Assembly (NCBI GenBank): GCA_024405635.1
Contig: JAKSOL010000008.1
Location: 61,112 to 125,111 of the forward strand
Reading direction: 5' to 3'
From: Salinivirgaceae bacterium
GTDB lineage: Bacteria > Bacteroidota > Bacteroidia > Bacteroidales > SZUA-534
DNA length: 64,000 nt
Shown: positions 43,988 to 53,753 of the stretch, piece by piece
Position numbering within the stretch: position 1 is the first letter of the stretch
How the letters are laid out: each line of letters begins with the position of its first letter
Position numbers and translations under genes: made by a program
Notes under the pieces: generated by a model
Database searches by the model: none
Told to the model about the DNA's origin: nothing
The model's input: the letters and a program-made list of their open reading frames with translations, nothing else

Positions 43988-44242
43988 ATGGAAGGTAATG
44001 TACTTGAGGCTCTTAAATTGTTGTGCGTTGGTCTTACAACAGTTTTCGTTGTCCTACTTCTTATCATCATGCTGGGAAATTCATTAATCGCGTTTGTAAA
44101 CCGATTTATTCCCGAAGACGAAAAACCTATTGCAAAACAAGCACCATCGGCTATCAGCCCAAAAGTTGCTAACGCAATTGCTGCCGCAGTTGCACAATTA
44201 ACAGGTGGTCAAGGTAAAGTTGAAAAAATCGAAAAAATATAA
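43988..44242 (+). CDS. oadG: Na+-translocating decarboxylase gamma subunit
   Basis: Single TM helix (VGLTTVFVVLLLII), AIAAAV motif; first gene of the operon. Confidence 0.85.
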   Translation: MEGNVLEALKLLCVGLTTVFVVLLLIIMLGNSLIAFVNRFIPEDEKPIAKQAPSAISPKVANAIAAAVAQLTGGQGKVEKIEKI

Positions 44243-44253
44243 TTCTAAATAAT

Positions 44254-46092
44254 ATGGCTAAAGAAATCAAATTTTCTCTTGTTTTTAGAGATTTGTGGCA
44301 ATCCTCCGGCAAGTACCAACCACGTGTTGACCAACTTGTTAAGGTTGCTCCAAGCATTGTAAAAATGGGTTGTTTTGCCCGTGTTGAAACAAATGGTGGT
44401 GGTTTTGAACAAGTTAACTTGCTTTACGGCGAAAACCCAAACAAAGCCGTTCGTGCATGGACAAAACCATTTCACGAGGCTGGTATTCAAACTCACATGC
44501 TCGACCGCGCACTTAATGGCTTGCGCATGAGCCCAGTTCCTGCCGACGTTCGCAAACTTTTCTACAAAGTTAAACACGCTCAAGGCACCGACATTACTCG
44601 TATCTTCTGCGGTTTGAACGACACTCGCAACATCATCCCTTCAATCAAATACTCAAAAGAGGCCGGCATGATTGCTCAAGCATCGCTTTGCTTAACATAC
44701 TCGCCTCTTCACACTGTTGAGTACTACACAAACCTTGCTTTTGAACTTATTGAGGCTGGTGCCGACGAAATTTGCTTGAAAGATATGGCTGGTGTTGCTC
44801 GCCCTGTTTCTCTTGGCGAAATAGTTAAAAACATCAAAGCGAAATATCCTAACATCACCATTCAATACCATGGTCATGCTGGTCCAGGTTTCTCAATGGC
44901 TACCATTCTTGAAGTTTGCAAAGCTGGTTGCGACATTGTTGACTGCGGCATGGAACCACTTTCGTGGGGTACTGGTCACGCCGACATCATTGCAGTTCGC
45001 GAAATGTTAGCTGATGCTGGATTTGCTGTTCCAGAAATCAACATGTCAGCTTACATGGAAGCTCGCACTTTGATTCAAGAAATGATGGACGACTTCCTTG
45101 GTTACTACATTCCAAGCAAAAACCGTTTGATGAACTCTTTGCTTATCGGCCCAGGTCTTCCTGGCGGTATGATGGGTTCGCTTATGACCGACCTTGAAAC
45201 AAACCTTGAGAGTTTGAACAAATGGAAAGAGAAAAACGGAAAACCAAAACTTTCTCAAGACGAATTGCTTATCAAATTGTTTGATGAGGTTAAATACATT
45301 TGGCCTCTAATGGGTTATCCTTGCCTTGTTACTCCATTCAGCCAATATGTTAAAAACATGGCCTTGATGAACGTAATGCAAATGGAAAAAGGCAAAGAGC
45401 GTTGGAGCATGATTGCCGACGATATTTGGGATATGATGCTTGGCAAATCAGGTCGTTTGCCTGGTCCTTTGTCTCAAGAACTTATTGACAAAGCAAAAGA
45501 GCAAGGTCGTGAATTCCACACTGAAGACCCACAATCAAACTTCCCTGATGCACTTGACACCTTCCGCAAAGAAATGGCCGAAAACAATTGGGAACTTGGC
45601 GAGGACGAAGAAGAATTGTTTGAGCTTGCAATGCACCCACAACAATACCGCGCTTACAAAAGCGGAAAAGCAAAAGCCGACTTTGAGGCCGACTTGGCTG
45701 AACGCAAAGCTAAAAAGAATGCAGGTAGCGGCATGACATTCCCTCAAACCATAGTTGTTGAGGTTGAAGGCCAAAAATACAACGTTACTATTGGTGCTAA
45801 CAATGGTAACACAGCAACTCCTGCAGCATCTAACAACGCAGCACCTGTAGCAGCAGGCGAAGGCAACGACCTTTGCTCTCCACTTGAAGGTAAATTCTAT
45901 TTAGTAAAAGGCGCTGGTGACGTGGCTGTTAAAGTTGGCGACTCAGTAAAGAAAGGACAAACAGTTTGCTATGTTGAAGCTATGAAAACATTCAACGCAA
46001 TTGCTGCCGAAGCCGATGGCGTTATTACCGAAATCTGCCTACAAAGCGGTGCTTCTGTATCAGAAGATGATGTTTTGATGAAAATTAAATAA
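44254..46092 (+). CDS. oadA: Oxaloacetate decarboxylase alpha subunit (carboxyltransferase plus biotin carrier)
   Basis: FRDLWQS, LKDMAG, HGH, LPGGM, LVTPFSQ, EAMK biotinylation site. Confidence 0.9.
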   Translation: MAKEIKFSLVFRDLWQSSGKYQPRVDQLVKVAPSIVKMGCFARVETNGGGFEQVNLLYGENPNKAVRAWTKPFHEAGIQTHMLDRALNGLRMSPVPADVRKLFYKVKHAQGTDITRIFCGLNDTRNIIPSIKYSKEAGMIAQASLCLTYSPLHTVEYYTNLAFELIEAGADEICLKDMAGVARPVSLGEIVKNIKAKYPNITIQYHGHAGPGFSMATILEVCKAGCDIVDCGMEPLSWGTGHADIIAVREMLADAGFAVPEINMSAYMEARTLIQEMMDDFLGYYIPSKNRLMNSLLIGPGLPGGMMGSLMTDLETNLESLNKWKEKNGKPKLSQDELLIKLFDEVKYIWPLMGYPCLVTPFSQYVKNMALMNVMQMEKGKERWSMIADDIWDMMLGKSGRLPGPLSQELIDKAKEQGREFHTEDPQSNFPDALDTFRKEMAENNWELGEDEEELFELAMHPQQYRAYKSGKAKADFEADLAERKAKKNAGSGMTFPQTIVVEVEGQKYNVTIGANNGNTATPAASNNAAPVAAGEGNDLCSPLEGKFYLVKGAGDVAVKVGDSVKKGQTVCYVEAMKTFNAIAAEADGVITEICLQSGASVSEDDVLMKIK

Positions 46093-46100
46093 GCCAAACA

Positions 46101-47336
46101 ATGCAAGAGATACTAGAAAAAATATACGACATGACCGCCTTTAGCGGCATTGCAGAAAACCCTGGTTGTCTAGTAATGTACGTTTTGGCATTCTGCTTGC
46201 TCTACTTGGGCATAAAAAAAGGATACGAACCTCTTTTGCTTATTCCAATCGCATTTGGAGTACTAATAGCAAACTTCCCTGGCGGTGGCATGGGCGTTAA
46301 TGCTGTTGACGGCGAAGGCTTTGTTACCCTAGCCGATGGAACAAAAGAGAACATTTGGGACATGAGCCTTCCTAAAATTGCTCACGACCTTGGTTTGATG
46401 AACTTCATCTACTACATGTTAATCAAAACTGGTTTTATTCCACCTATCATCTTTATGGGTGTTGGTGCTTTAACCGATTTTGGTCCAATGTTGCGCAACC
46501 TTAAACTTGCCATTTTTGGTGCTGGAGCTCAATTTGGCATTTTCGCTGTGCTTTTGGTGGCATGCAACTTCTTCACAATGCCAGAGGCTGCATCACTCGC
46601 AATCATTGGTGGTGCCGATGGTCCTACAGCCATCTTCACCACAATTAAATTAGCACCACACTTACTAGGACCTATTGCTATTGCAGCATACTCATACATG
46701 GCTCTAGTTCCTGTAATTGTTCCTTTGGTTGTAAAGCTTACTTGTTCAAAGAAAGAACTATCTATCAACATGAAAGAACAAGACAAACTTTACCCATCTG
46801 GTCGTGAAATTAAAAACATGCGTGTTCTTAAAATTTTGTTCCCAATTGTAACCACTACCATAGTTGCAATTCTTGTTCCTTCCGCAGTTTCGTTGGTTGG
46901 CATGCTTATGTTTGGTAACCTTATAAAAGAAGTCGGAAACTCAACTTCACGCATATTTGACGCAGCAAGTAATGGCATTATGAATGCTGCTACAATTTTC
47001 CTTGGTCTATCAGTTGGCGCAACAATGACAGTTGATGCTTTCCTTAACTGGCAAACCATTGGAATTGTAATTGGCGGATTCCTTGCTTTTGGATTCTCTA
47101 TTTTTGGTGGAATAATGTTGGTAAAACTCTTCAACGTATTCTCAAAAAAGAAAATCAACCCACTTATTGGAGCTACAGGTTTGAGTGCTGTTCCTATGGC
47201 ATCGCGCGTTGCTAACGACATAGCTCTTAAGTACGACCCAAAGAACCACGTATTAAACTACTGCATGAGTTCAAACGTTGCTGGTGTAATCGGTTCTGCT
47301 GTTGCCGCCGGCATCTTGATTTCATTCTTAGGATAG
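46101..47336 (+). CDS. oadB: Na+-translocating decarboxylase beta subunit
   Basis: YEPLLLIPI, GALTDFGP, IIGGADGPT, AAYSYMALVP, SAVPMASR, NVAGVIGS. Confidence 0.95.
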   Translation: MQEILEKIYDMTAFSGIAENPGCLVMYVLAFCLLYLGIKKGYEPLLLIPIAFGVLIANFPGGGMGVNAVDGEGFVTLADGTKENIWDMSLPKIAHDLGLMNFIYYMLIKTGFIPPIIFMGVGALTDFGPMLRNLKLAIFGAGAQFGIFAVLLVACNFFTMPEAASLAIIGGADGPTAIFTTIKLAPHLLGPIAIAAYSYMALVPVIVPLVVKLTCSKKELSINMKEQDKLYPSGREIKNMRVLKILFPIVTTTIVAILVPSAVSLVGMLMFGNLIKEVGNSTSRIFDAASNGIMNAATIFLGLSVGATMTVDAFLNWQTIGIVIGGFLAFGFSIFGGIMLVKLFNVFSKKKINPLIGATGLSAVPMASRVANDIALKYDPKNHVLNYCMSSNVAGVIGSAVAAGILISFLG

Positions 47337-47356
47337 TTTTATTTCCTATACTAAAC

Positions 47357-47397
47357 AACAAGCCTCACAAATTTAATTTGTGAGGCTTGTTCTTTTT
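47357..47397 (+). terminator. Terminator after oadB
   Basis: 16-bp perfect stem AACAAGCCTCACAAAT/ATTTGTGAGGCTTGTT followed by CTTTTT. Confidence 0.85.
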
Positions 47398-47504
47398 ATA
47401 GTGGCATCAACTTATTAGAACCAAACACATAAAACTTTCGGTTTTTAGCGAGTTGTAAGTCAGCATAAACTCTTATATTTGCGACACTAAAATTGAAAAA
47501 CAAA

Positions 47505-47615
47505 ATGCTGATAGTTAACAACAACCACATCAAATCAACTGGCAACATGTCAACGTGGTGCAGCATCACATTCATTCCTTTCACTACCACCACCACCCCT
47601 TGGGGGGTGATGTAA
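47505..47615 (+). CDS. Putative thr operon leader peptide (36 aa, five consecutive Thr)
   Basis: MLIVNNNHIKSTGNMSTWCSITFIPFTTTTTPWGVM*; follows -7 element TATATTTG (47474-47481) and ends 60 nt before thrA. Confidence 0.75.
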   Translation: MLIVNNNHIKSTGNMSTWCSITFIPFTTTTTPWGVM

Positions 47616-47675
47616 TAATTATAGTGAACAAGGAGTTAAGTTTTTCATTTTCAATCGATTAAATAATATCTAAAT

Positions 47676-50123
47676 ATGCGTGTAATTAAATTTGGAGGTA
47701 CGTCTGTTGGCTGTGCCGATCGTATTAAACAATTATCAAAAATAGTTGACCTTTACAAAGGCGAAAATCAATTAATTGTAGTGGTTTCTGCACTTTCGGG
47801 CGTTACCAACTTGCTTGAAGAATGTTGCAGTTTAGCATTAAGTGGTTCTACCGACTATACCAAGCATATTGACACTATCAAAAATCGCCACTACGATATC
47901 ATCAATGAACTTGTTGCAGCATCAGATATTGCAAGCATCAGCAAACACATTGACGATGTTTGCTCTGAATTGAGTGACATTTGCAAAGGCATTGCCATTT
48001 TAGGCGAATGCTCTAACCATACTCGCGCCCGATTGTTAAGTTGTGGCGAACGCATGTCGTTCAAACTCATCAGCGTAATACTAAACAATTTTGGACAAAA
48101 AAATGAGGCTATTGATTCTCGCGAAATCATTATCACTGACGACAATTATACCCAAGGTCATGTTGACCAAGAGATTTCTGCAGCAAATGCACAAAAACGT
48201 TTCAGCAAATTCAGCGGTATTGCATTGATGCCAGGATTCATTTCGCGAAACCATAAAGGCGAATCAACAACGCTTGGTCGTGGTGGTTCTGACTACACTG
48301 CTGCACTTTTGGGCGCATATCTTAACGCATCACAAATTGATATATGGACCGATGTGAGCGGAATGCTTACCGCCGACCCAAAAAACGTTTCATCAGCATA
48401 TACAATTGAGTCGTTGAGTTACGAGGAGGCTATGGAATTGTCGTACTTCGGCGCTAAAGTTATCTACCCTCCAACCATTCAACCTGCATTGGAGAAAAAA
48501 ATTCCTATCGCAATAAAAAATTCGTTCAAACCCGAAGACAAAGGCACTTTAATAACCGAGCAACCTGCAGCTAGCGAAGGTGCAATAAAGGGCTTTTCAT
48601 CCATCAGCAATATTTCATTAATAACCATTTCGGGCAGTGGAATGGTTGGTGTTCCTGGTGTGGCAATGCGCGCATTCAAAGCTTTGCGCCAAGCAAACGC
48701 CAATGTGCTTTTCATCACCCAATCAAGTAGCGAACACACCATTTGCGTTGGCGTATATTCTTGCGACGCTAAACCCGCATGCCAACAACTTGAAGCTGAA
48801 TTTGAAAATGAAATTGAGCACAAAAAAGTTTACAAACCATTTGCCGAAGACAATTTGGCAATCATAGCTATGGTTGGTGATAAAATGCGAGAATCGGTTG
48901 GTGTTGCAGGCAAAGCTTTTAAATTGCTTGGCGAAAATGGAATAAACATTAGAGCAATTGCTCAAGGTGCTACCGAACGTAATATTTCTGTTGTGATTAA
49001 CGAAACCGAAGTTCATAAAGCGCTTAATGCATTACATGACGGATTCTTCCTATCAAAATACAAAAAAGTTCACTTGTTTATGGTGGGCGCTGGCACTGTT
49101 GGTGGTACAATGCTTGACCAATTAAATGAGCAATCAAACTTCTTGAAAGAAGAATATGGAATTGACATTCGCCTTGTCGGTTTATCGAACTCAAAAAATA
49201 TGCTATTTGAAAGCAAAGGCATTGACCTTGCAAAATGGCGCGACTTGCTAAAAGAAGCAAAAGCCCCAGCAAATCTTACCGAATTTGTGGCAAATATGAA
49301 AGCTATGAACAAACGTAATAGCATTTTTATTGACAATACAGCTTCTGGCGAACTACCTAAAATATATACCGAAGTTGCTAAACTTAAAATACCTATTGTT
49401 GCGTCAAACAAAATAATGGCGGCATCATCTCTTGACAACTTCTTGTCGTTCAAAAAGATGATGAAAGAAAACGGATTGAAATACTTACACGAAACCAACG
49501 TCGCAGCAGGCCTTCCTGTGTTGAAAACAATTGAGGACCTTGTTGCTTCTGGCGATAAGATTTTGAAAATTCAAGCAGTTCTATCGGGTAGTTTGAACTA
49601 CATCTTTAACACCATAAGCGAAGAAGTATCGTTCTCTCAAGCTGTAGTTCAAGCCCGCGAAAAAGGACTTACAGAACCAGATCCAGCAATCGATTTAAGT
49701 GGACTTGACGTTCGCCGCAAAATATTGATTCTTGCACGTATCAGTGGAAACATGCTTGAACTTGACGATGTTAAGAAAAATGACATCATTCCAGAAAACG
49801 AATTGAAAGCCAGCAACTTTGACGAATTGCTTGCCAACTTGCAACGCAACGATGCTAAGATTGAGGAGTTACGTAAAGATACTGCAGCCGCTGGAGAAAA
49901 GTTACGCTACGTTGCTGAATTTAACAACGGCGAAGCTGTTACTGGTTTGCAACGAGTTGATATGACACACCCCGCATACAACCTCGATGGTATGGATAAC
50001 ATCATTTTGCTTTACACACGTCGTTATCACGAACAACCATTGGTAATTAAAGGAGCTGGTGCAGGCCCTGGTGTAACTGCCTCTGGTGTATTTGCCGACA
50101 TTATGCGCTTGGCTAACATGTAA
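47676..50123 (+). CDS. thrA: Bifunctional aspartokinase/homoserine dehydrogenase
   Basis: KFGGTSV, TTLGRGGSDY, two ACT domains, GAGTVG, TEPDP..DLSG.DV.RK, GAGAG..TA. Confidence 0.97.
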   Translation: MRVIKFGGTSVGCADRIKQLSKIVDLYKGENQLIVVVSALSGVTNLLEECCSLALSGSTDYTKHIDTIKNRHYDIINELVAASDIASISKHIDDVCSELSDICKGIAILGECSNHTRARLLSCGERMSFKLISVILNNFGQKNEAIDSREIIITDDNYTQGHVDQEISAANAQKRFSKFSGIALMPGFISRNHKGESTTLGRGGSDYTAALLGAYLNASQIDIWTDVSGMLTADPKNVSSAYTIESLSYEEAMELSYFGAKVIYPPTIQPALEKKIPIAIKNSFKPEDKGTLITEQPAASEGAIKGFSSISNISLITISGSGMVGVPGVAMRAFKALRQANANVLFITQSSSEHTICVGVYSCDAKPACQQLEAEFENEIEHKKVYKPFAEDNLAIIAMVGDKMRESVGVAGKAFKLLGENGINIRAIAQGATERNISVVINETEVHKALNALHDGFFLSKYKKVHLFMVGAGTVGGTMLDQLNEQSNFLKEEYGIDIRLVGLSNSKNMLFESKGIDLAKWRDLLKEAKAPANLTEFVANMKAMNKRNSIFIDNTASGELPKIYTEVAKLKIPIVASNKIMAASSLDNFLSFKKMMKENGLKYLHETNVAAGLPVLKTIEDLVASGDKILKIQAVLSGSLNYIFNTISEEVSFSQAVVQAREKGLTEPDPAIDLSGLDVRRKILILARISGNMLELDDVKKNDIIPENELKASNFDELLANLQRNDAKIEELRKDTAAAGEKLRYVAEFNNGEAVTGLQRVDMTHPAYNLDGMDNIILLYTRRYHEQPLVIKGAGAGPGVTASGVFADIMRLANM

Positions 50124-50150
50124 TTAATATAAAATAACAATATCATAAAT

Positions 50151-51443
50151 ATGAACTTTTACAGTACCAATAATCGCAACCACACAACCGACCTTAAAAC
50201 GGCTGTGCTAAAGGGATTGGCACCTGACAAAGGACTATATATGCCCGAAGAATTTCCTGTGCTACCCGCTGAATTTTGGAACAACATAAAAGGCAAATCA
50301 ATGGGCGAAATAGGTTTTGAAATGCTTAAACCATTCTTCTGCCCAACCATTCCAGAAGATAAATTCCGAGCAATGGTTAACGATGCCTTTAATTTTGAAG
50401 TACCTGTAGTTAAAGTTACCGACAACATTAGCGCAATGGAACTTTTCCATGGGCCAACTTTAGCATTCAAAGACGTTGGCGCACGTTTCCTTGCTCGCGT
50501 TATGTCGTATTTTGCTAGCAACGAAAAAGAAATAAATGTACTTGTTGCTACTTCAGGCGATACTGGTAGCGCAGTTGCTAACGGTTTTCTTGGCGTTAAT
50601 GGTGTAAATGTTCACATTCTTTATCCTTCAGGACTTGTTAGCAAACTACAAGAGTTACAATTCACTACCCTAGGACAAAATATCACGGCATACGAAGTAA
50701 GCGGTGTATTTGACGATTGTCAACGTATGGTTAAGGAAGCCTTCCTTGATAGCGAACTTAATTCACAAAAGGTGCTAACCTCAGCCAATTCAATAAACCT
50801 TGCTCGTTTTATGCCTCAAAGCGTTTACTACGTTTATGCTTTATCGCAAATTCCACAAGAACGTTGGAAAGATGTTGTAGTATCAGTTCCTAGTGGCAAC
50901 TTTGGCGATATTACAGCTGGTCTTGTAGCTTGGAAAATGGGCATGCCTGTAAAACGATTTATTGCAGCTATCAACGCAAACCGCGTATTTGCCGACTATC
51001 TACAATGCGGCGAGTACAAACCTAAAAAATCAATAGCCACCATAGCAAATGCAATGGACGTTGGCGACCCAAGTAACTTTGCTAGAGTTCTTGAATTGTT
51101 CCATGGTTCTGTTGATGAAATACGCGACCTCATTAGTAGCTATAGCTATAACGATGCTGAAATTGGCGAAACAATGAACAGTACACTTTCTGATACTGGA
51201 TATACCCTAGACCCTCATGGAGCTGTTGGCTTTGCCGCATTGCGCGACCACATGAAAGACGGAGAATTTGGTTTGTTCCTAGAAACTGCACATCCTGCCA
51301 AATTCATTGACACCGTTGAAAAATACACAGGCAAAAAGATTGAAATTCCTTCGCGCCTTCAAAAGTTTGCCGAGGGTACTAAAAAAACAGTTCCCATTGC
51401 AGCCGACTATAAAATATTGAAAGACAAGCTACTTAACAAATAA
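50151..51443 (+). CDS. thrC: Threonine synthase
   Basis: GLAPDKGL, ELFHGPTLAFKD, ATSGDTG, SANSIN, VPSGNFG, TAHPAKF. Confidence 0.97.
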   Translation: MNFYSTNNRNHTTDLKTAVLKGLAPDKGLYMPEEFPVLPAEFWNNIKGKSMGEIGFEMLKPFFCPTIPEDKFRAMVNDAFNFEVPVVKVTDNISAMELFHGPTLAFKDVGARFLARVMSYFASNEKEINVLVATSGDTGSAVANGFLGVNGVNVHILYPSGLVSKLQELQFTTLGQNITAYEVSGVFDDCQRMVKEAFLDSELNSQKVLTSANSINLARFMPQSVYYVYALSQIPQERWKDVVVSVPSGNFGDITAGLVAWKMGMPVKRFIAAINANRVFADYLQCGEYKPKKSIATIANAMDVGDPSNFARVLELFHGSVDEIRDLISSYSYNDAEIGETMNSTLSDTGYTLDPHGAVGFAALRDHMKDGEFGLFLETAHPAKFIDTVEKYTGKKIEIPSRLQKFAEGTKKTVPIAADYKILKDKLLNK

Positions 51444-51466
51444 GTTAGACTAATTTCCTTGAATAC

Positions 51467-51502
51467 AAAAAAACGCGACAACCAATAGTTGCCGCGTTTT
51501 TT
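51467..51502. terminator. Bidirectional terminator between thrC and pfk
   Basis: A7-CGCGACAAC...GTTGCCGCG-T6. Confidence 0.8.
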
Positions 51503-51545
51503 ATTTCCATACTAAAGAGTCAATACTATTAGGGATTCACATTTA

Positions 51546-52874
51546 CTACTCTGGATTTAGCATACTTTCTGGTTGACCAGTTGCCTCAATAATACTCCAC
51601 CACAACTCGCCATTAATATCAATTTTTTTACGCTCTGAAATTGCAACAGGTATTGGCAATACAGTAAATTGATGATTCCAATAACCAACAACAAAATCTG
51701 TATGTCCAGCCATTGCTGCATGCACAGCATTTTGTGCCAAAATGTTACAGAATTTACCATCGTTAGCATTTGCTGGCGCACTACGAATAATGTAACTTGG
51801 ATCTATATATCGCAACGAAAATGGGAAATTTTTGGCTTTAAACTCCTCTGTTATTTTATCGCGAAGGAAAATACCAATATCCTTATTCTTTACATTACCC
51901 GATGCATCTATCTCTTTATTGTTTTCATCAAAGAAATATTGACCAGCACCTTCTGCAACAACAACAACTGCATGATGGCGTTTTTCCAAACGCTTGCGAA
52001 GTTGTTTCAACAAACCATAAGGTCCATAAAGATCAAACTTCATCTCTGGCACAAGCACAAAGTTTACCTCTTGAATTGACAAAGTTGCATTAGCTGCAAT
52101 AAAGCCCGAATCTCGACCCATCAACTTAATCAAAGCAATACCATTATACGCACCATGCGCCTCGTTATGGGCCGAATTAATAATATCGTTGGCTACTGCA
52201 AATGCAGTTTCAAAACCGAATGATTTTTCAACAAAATTTATATCGTTGTCAATTGTTTTGGGCACTCCAGCAATACATATTTTCAGGCCTCTTCGCTCCA
52301 CTTCTTCATGAATTGCATGAGCACCATGCAATGTACCATCTCCACCTATACAAAACAGAATGTTGATATTCATAATTTCAAGAGTATCAACAATTTGAGT
52401 TATATCTTGATTGCCTCGTGAAGAGCCTAAAATTGTACCTCCTGATAGGTGTATATAATCAACCAATTCTGGAGTAAGTTCAACAACCTCGTGATTGTAC
52501 TTTGACACTAAACCCTCATAACCATATTTGAAACCTAAAACGCGAGTTACTCCATAACGGTTATATAAATTAGTCACCAAACTACGAATAACATTGTTCA
52601 AACCTGGACACAATCCTCCGCAGGTTACAATACCAACTTTTGTCTTAGCTGGCTCAAAATAAACCTTTTCTCTAGGTCCAGCTTTTTCAAATGATATAGG
52701 TTCAATTCCTTGTTCTTGACACTTTTTAAAGTTCTCAAGAGTGTTGTTGTATAATATTCTGTCAGAATCGCTAACAAAACGCGATTGCGGTGTGGTGTTA
52801 CGCGAAGTTTCTAACAATGGGGACTTTACTCGCGGGGTTCCCAATGTTTTAACTATAAAGTCCTTATTCTCCAT
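51546..52874 (-). CDS. pfkA: 6-phosphofructokinase, clade X type, probably ATP-dependent
   Basis: FEKAGPR, VTCGGLCPG, GGTILGSSRG, IGGDGT, PKTIDND, MGRDSGF. Confidence 0.88.
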   Translation of the reverse strand: MENKDFIVKTLGTPRVKSPLLETSRNTTPQSRFVSDSDRILYNNTLENFKKCQEQGIEPISFEKAGPREKVYFEPAKTKVGIVTCGGLCPGLNNVIRSLVTNLYNRYGVTRVLGFKYGYEGLVSKYNHEVVELTPELVDYIHLSGGTILGSSRGNQDITQIVDTLEIMNINILFCIGGDGTLHGAHAIHEEVERRGLKICIAGVPKTIDNDINFVEKSFGFETAFAVANDIINSAHNEAHGAYNGIALIKLMGRDSGFIAANATLSIQEVNFVLVPEMKFDLYGPYGLLKQLRKRLEKRHHAVVVVAEGAGQYFFDENNKEIDASGNVKNKDIGIFLRDKITEEFKAKNFPFSLRYIDPSYIIRSAPANANDGKFCNILAQNAVHAAMAGHTDFVVGYWNHQFTVLPIPVAISERKKIDINGELWWSIIEATGQPESMLNPE

Positions 52875-52978
52875 GGCAATATGTTTTTATTACTCCATAA
52901 AGGTACAAACATATTAGCAAAAAAAAACATCAACCTTAAAAGGTCAATGTTTTTCGTATTTAAGAAAAAAATAGTCAA

Positions 52979-53368
52979 TTATAAATCATCGCCATCAATA
53001 GAATTTTCAGGGTCAGGCTGATCATACTCTTCCTCCTCTTCTTCTTCGGCTAGTTCAGCAATGTCAATATCAGCATCACCATATTTAACCTCAAGATCGT
53101 CTTTAACATCCGATTTCAATATTCCATCATCATCGTAATCGTCATCAAGCTCAACAATTTGCTTAGCTTCACGTTCTGTCATTCGCAAAAGATACATTTT
53201 ATCCTCTGTTTCATAAGGAAGTGCACTTACCAAAGCTCCATCTTTATAGGTAAAATAAATAAGATGATCACTAAAACCATCAGGATACAACAACTTAATT
53301 TGTTCTTGTTGTTCTTCGGTCATTTTGTAGTAATCTCGAATTATGCGAGGTTTGTTAGTTTGAGCCAT
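52979..53368 (-). CDS. Small protein with a highly acidic C-terminal tail
   Basis: KPRIIRDY...YPDGF..LI.F...ALPYETED..YL N-terminal domain; Asp/Glu-rich tail. Confidence 0.75.
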   Translation of the reverse strand: MAQTNKPRIIRDYYKMTEEQQEQIKLLYPDGFSDHLIYFTYKDGALVSALPYETEDKMYLLRMTEREAKQIVELDDDYDDDGILKSDVKDDLEVKYGDADIDIAELAEEEEEEEYDQPDPENSIDGDDL

Positions 53369-53753
53369 ATTGTCAATATTTTACATTTAGTACCTTGGGC
53401 TTTACCGCCCTATTTGCGTGCCCAAATATTGAATTTTTTTTATTCGTTTGAACATTCATACGAATTATTTTTTTCAAACATGTTTTTTTTAGGCATACCA
53501 TCTGCAATCATCTAAAATTCAGCTCACAGCACAAAAAACAAAAAAAACAGCACAAACCATTTATCATAAATCAGTATAATAAATCACATAATAGCTTTGT
53601 TTAAGCAATAAAATATGAAGCACAAATAGTTCGAGTATAGCTACAAATTAGAAGATACGCAATGGTCATCATTTCAACAAACCTTTAATAACTTTATGAT
53701 TGTTAACTACCTTTTTCTTTTAATTTTGCTAGCAAAAACAAAATATTCAGACA

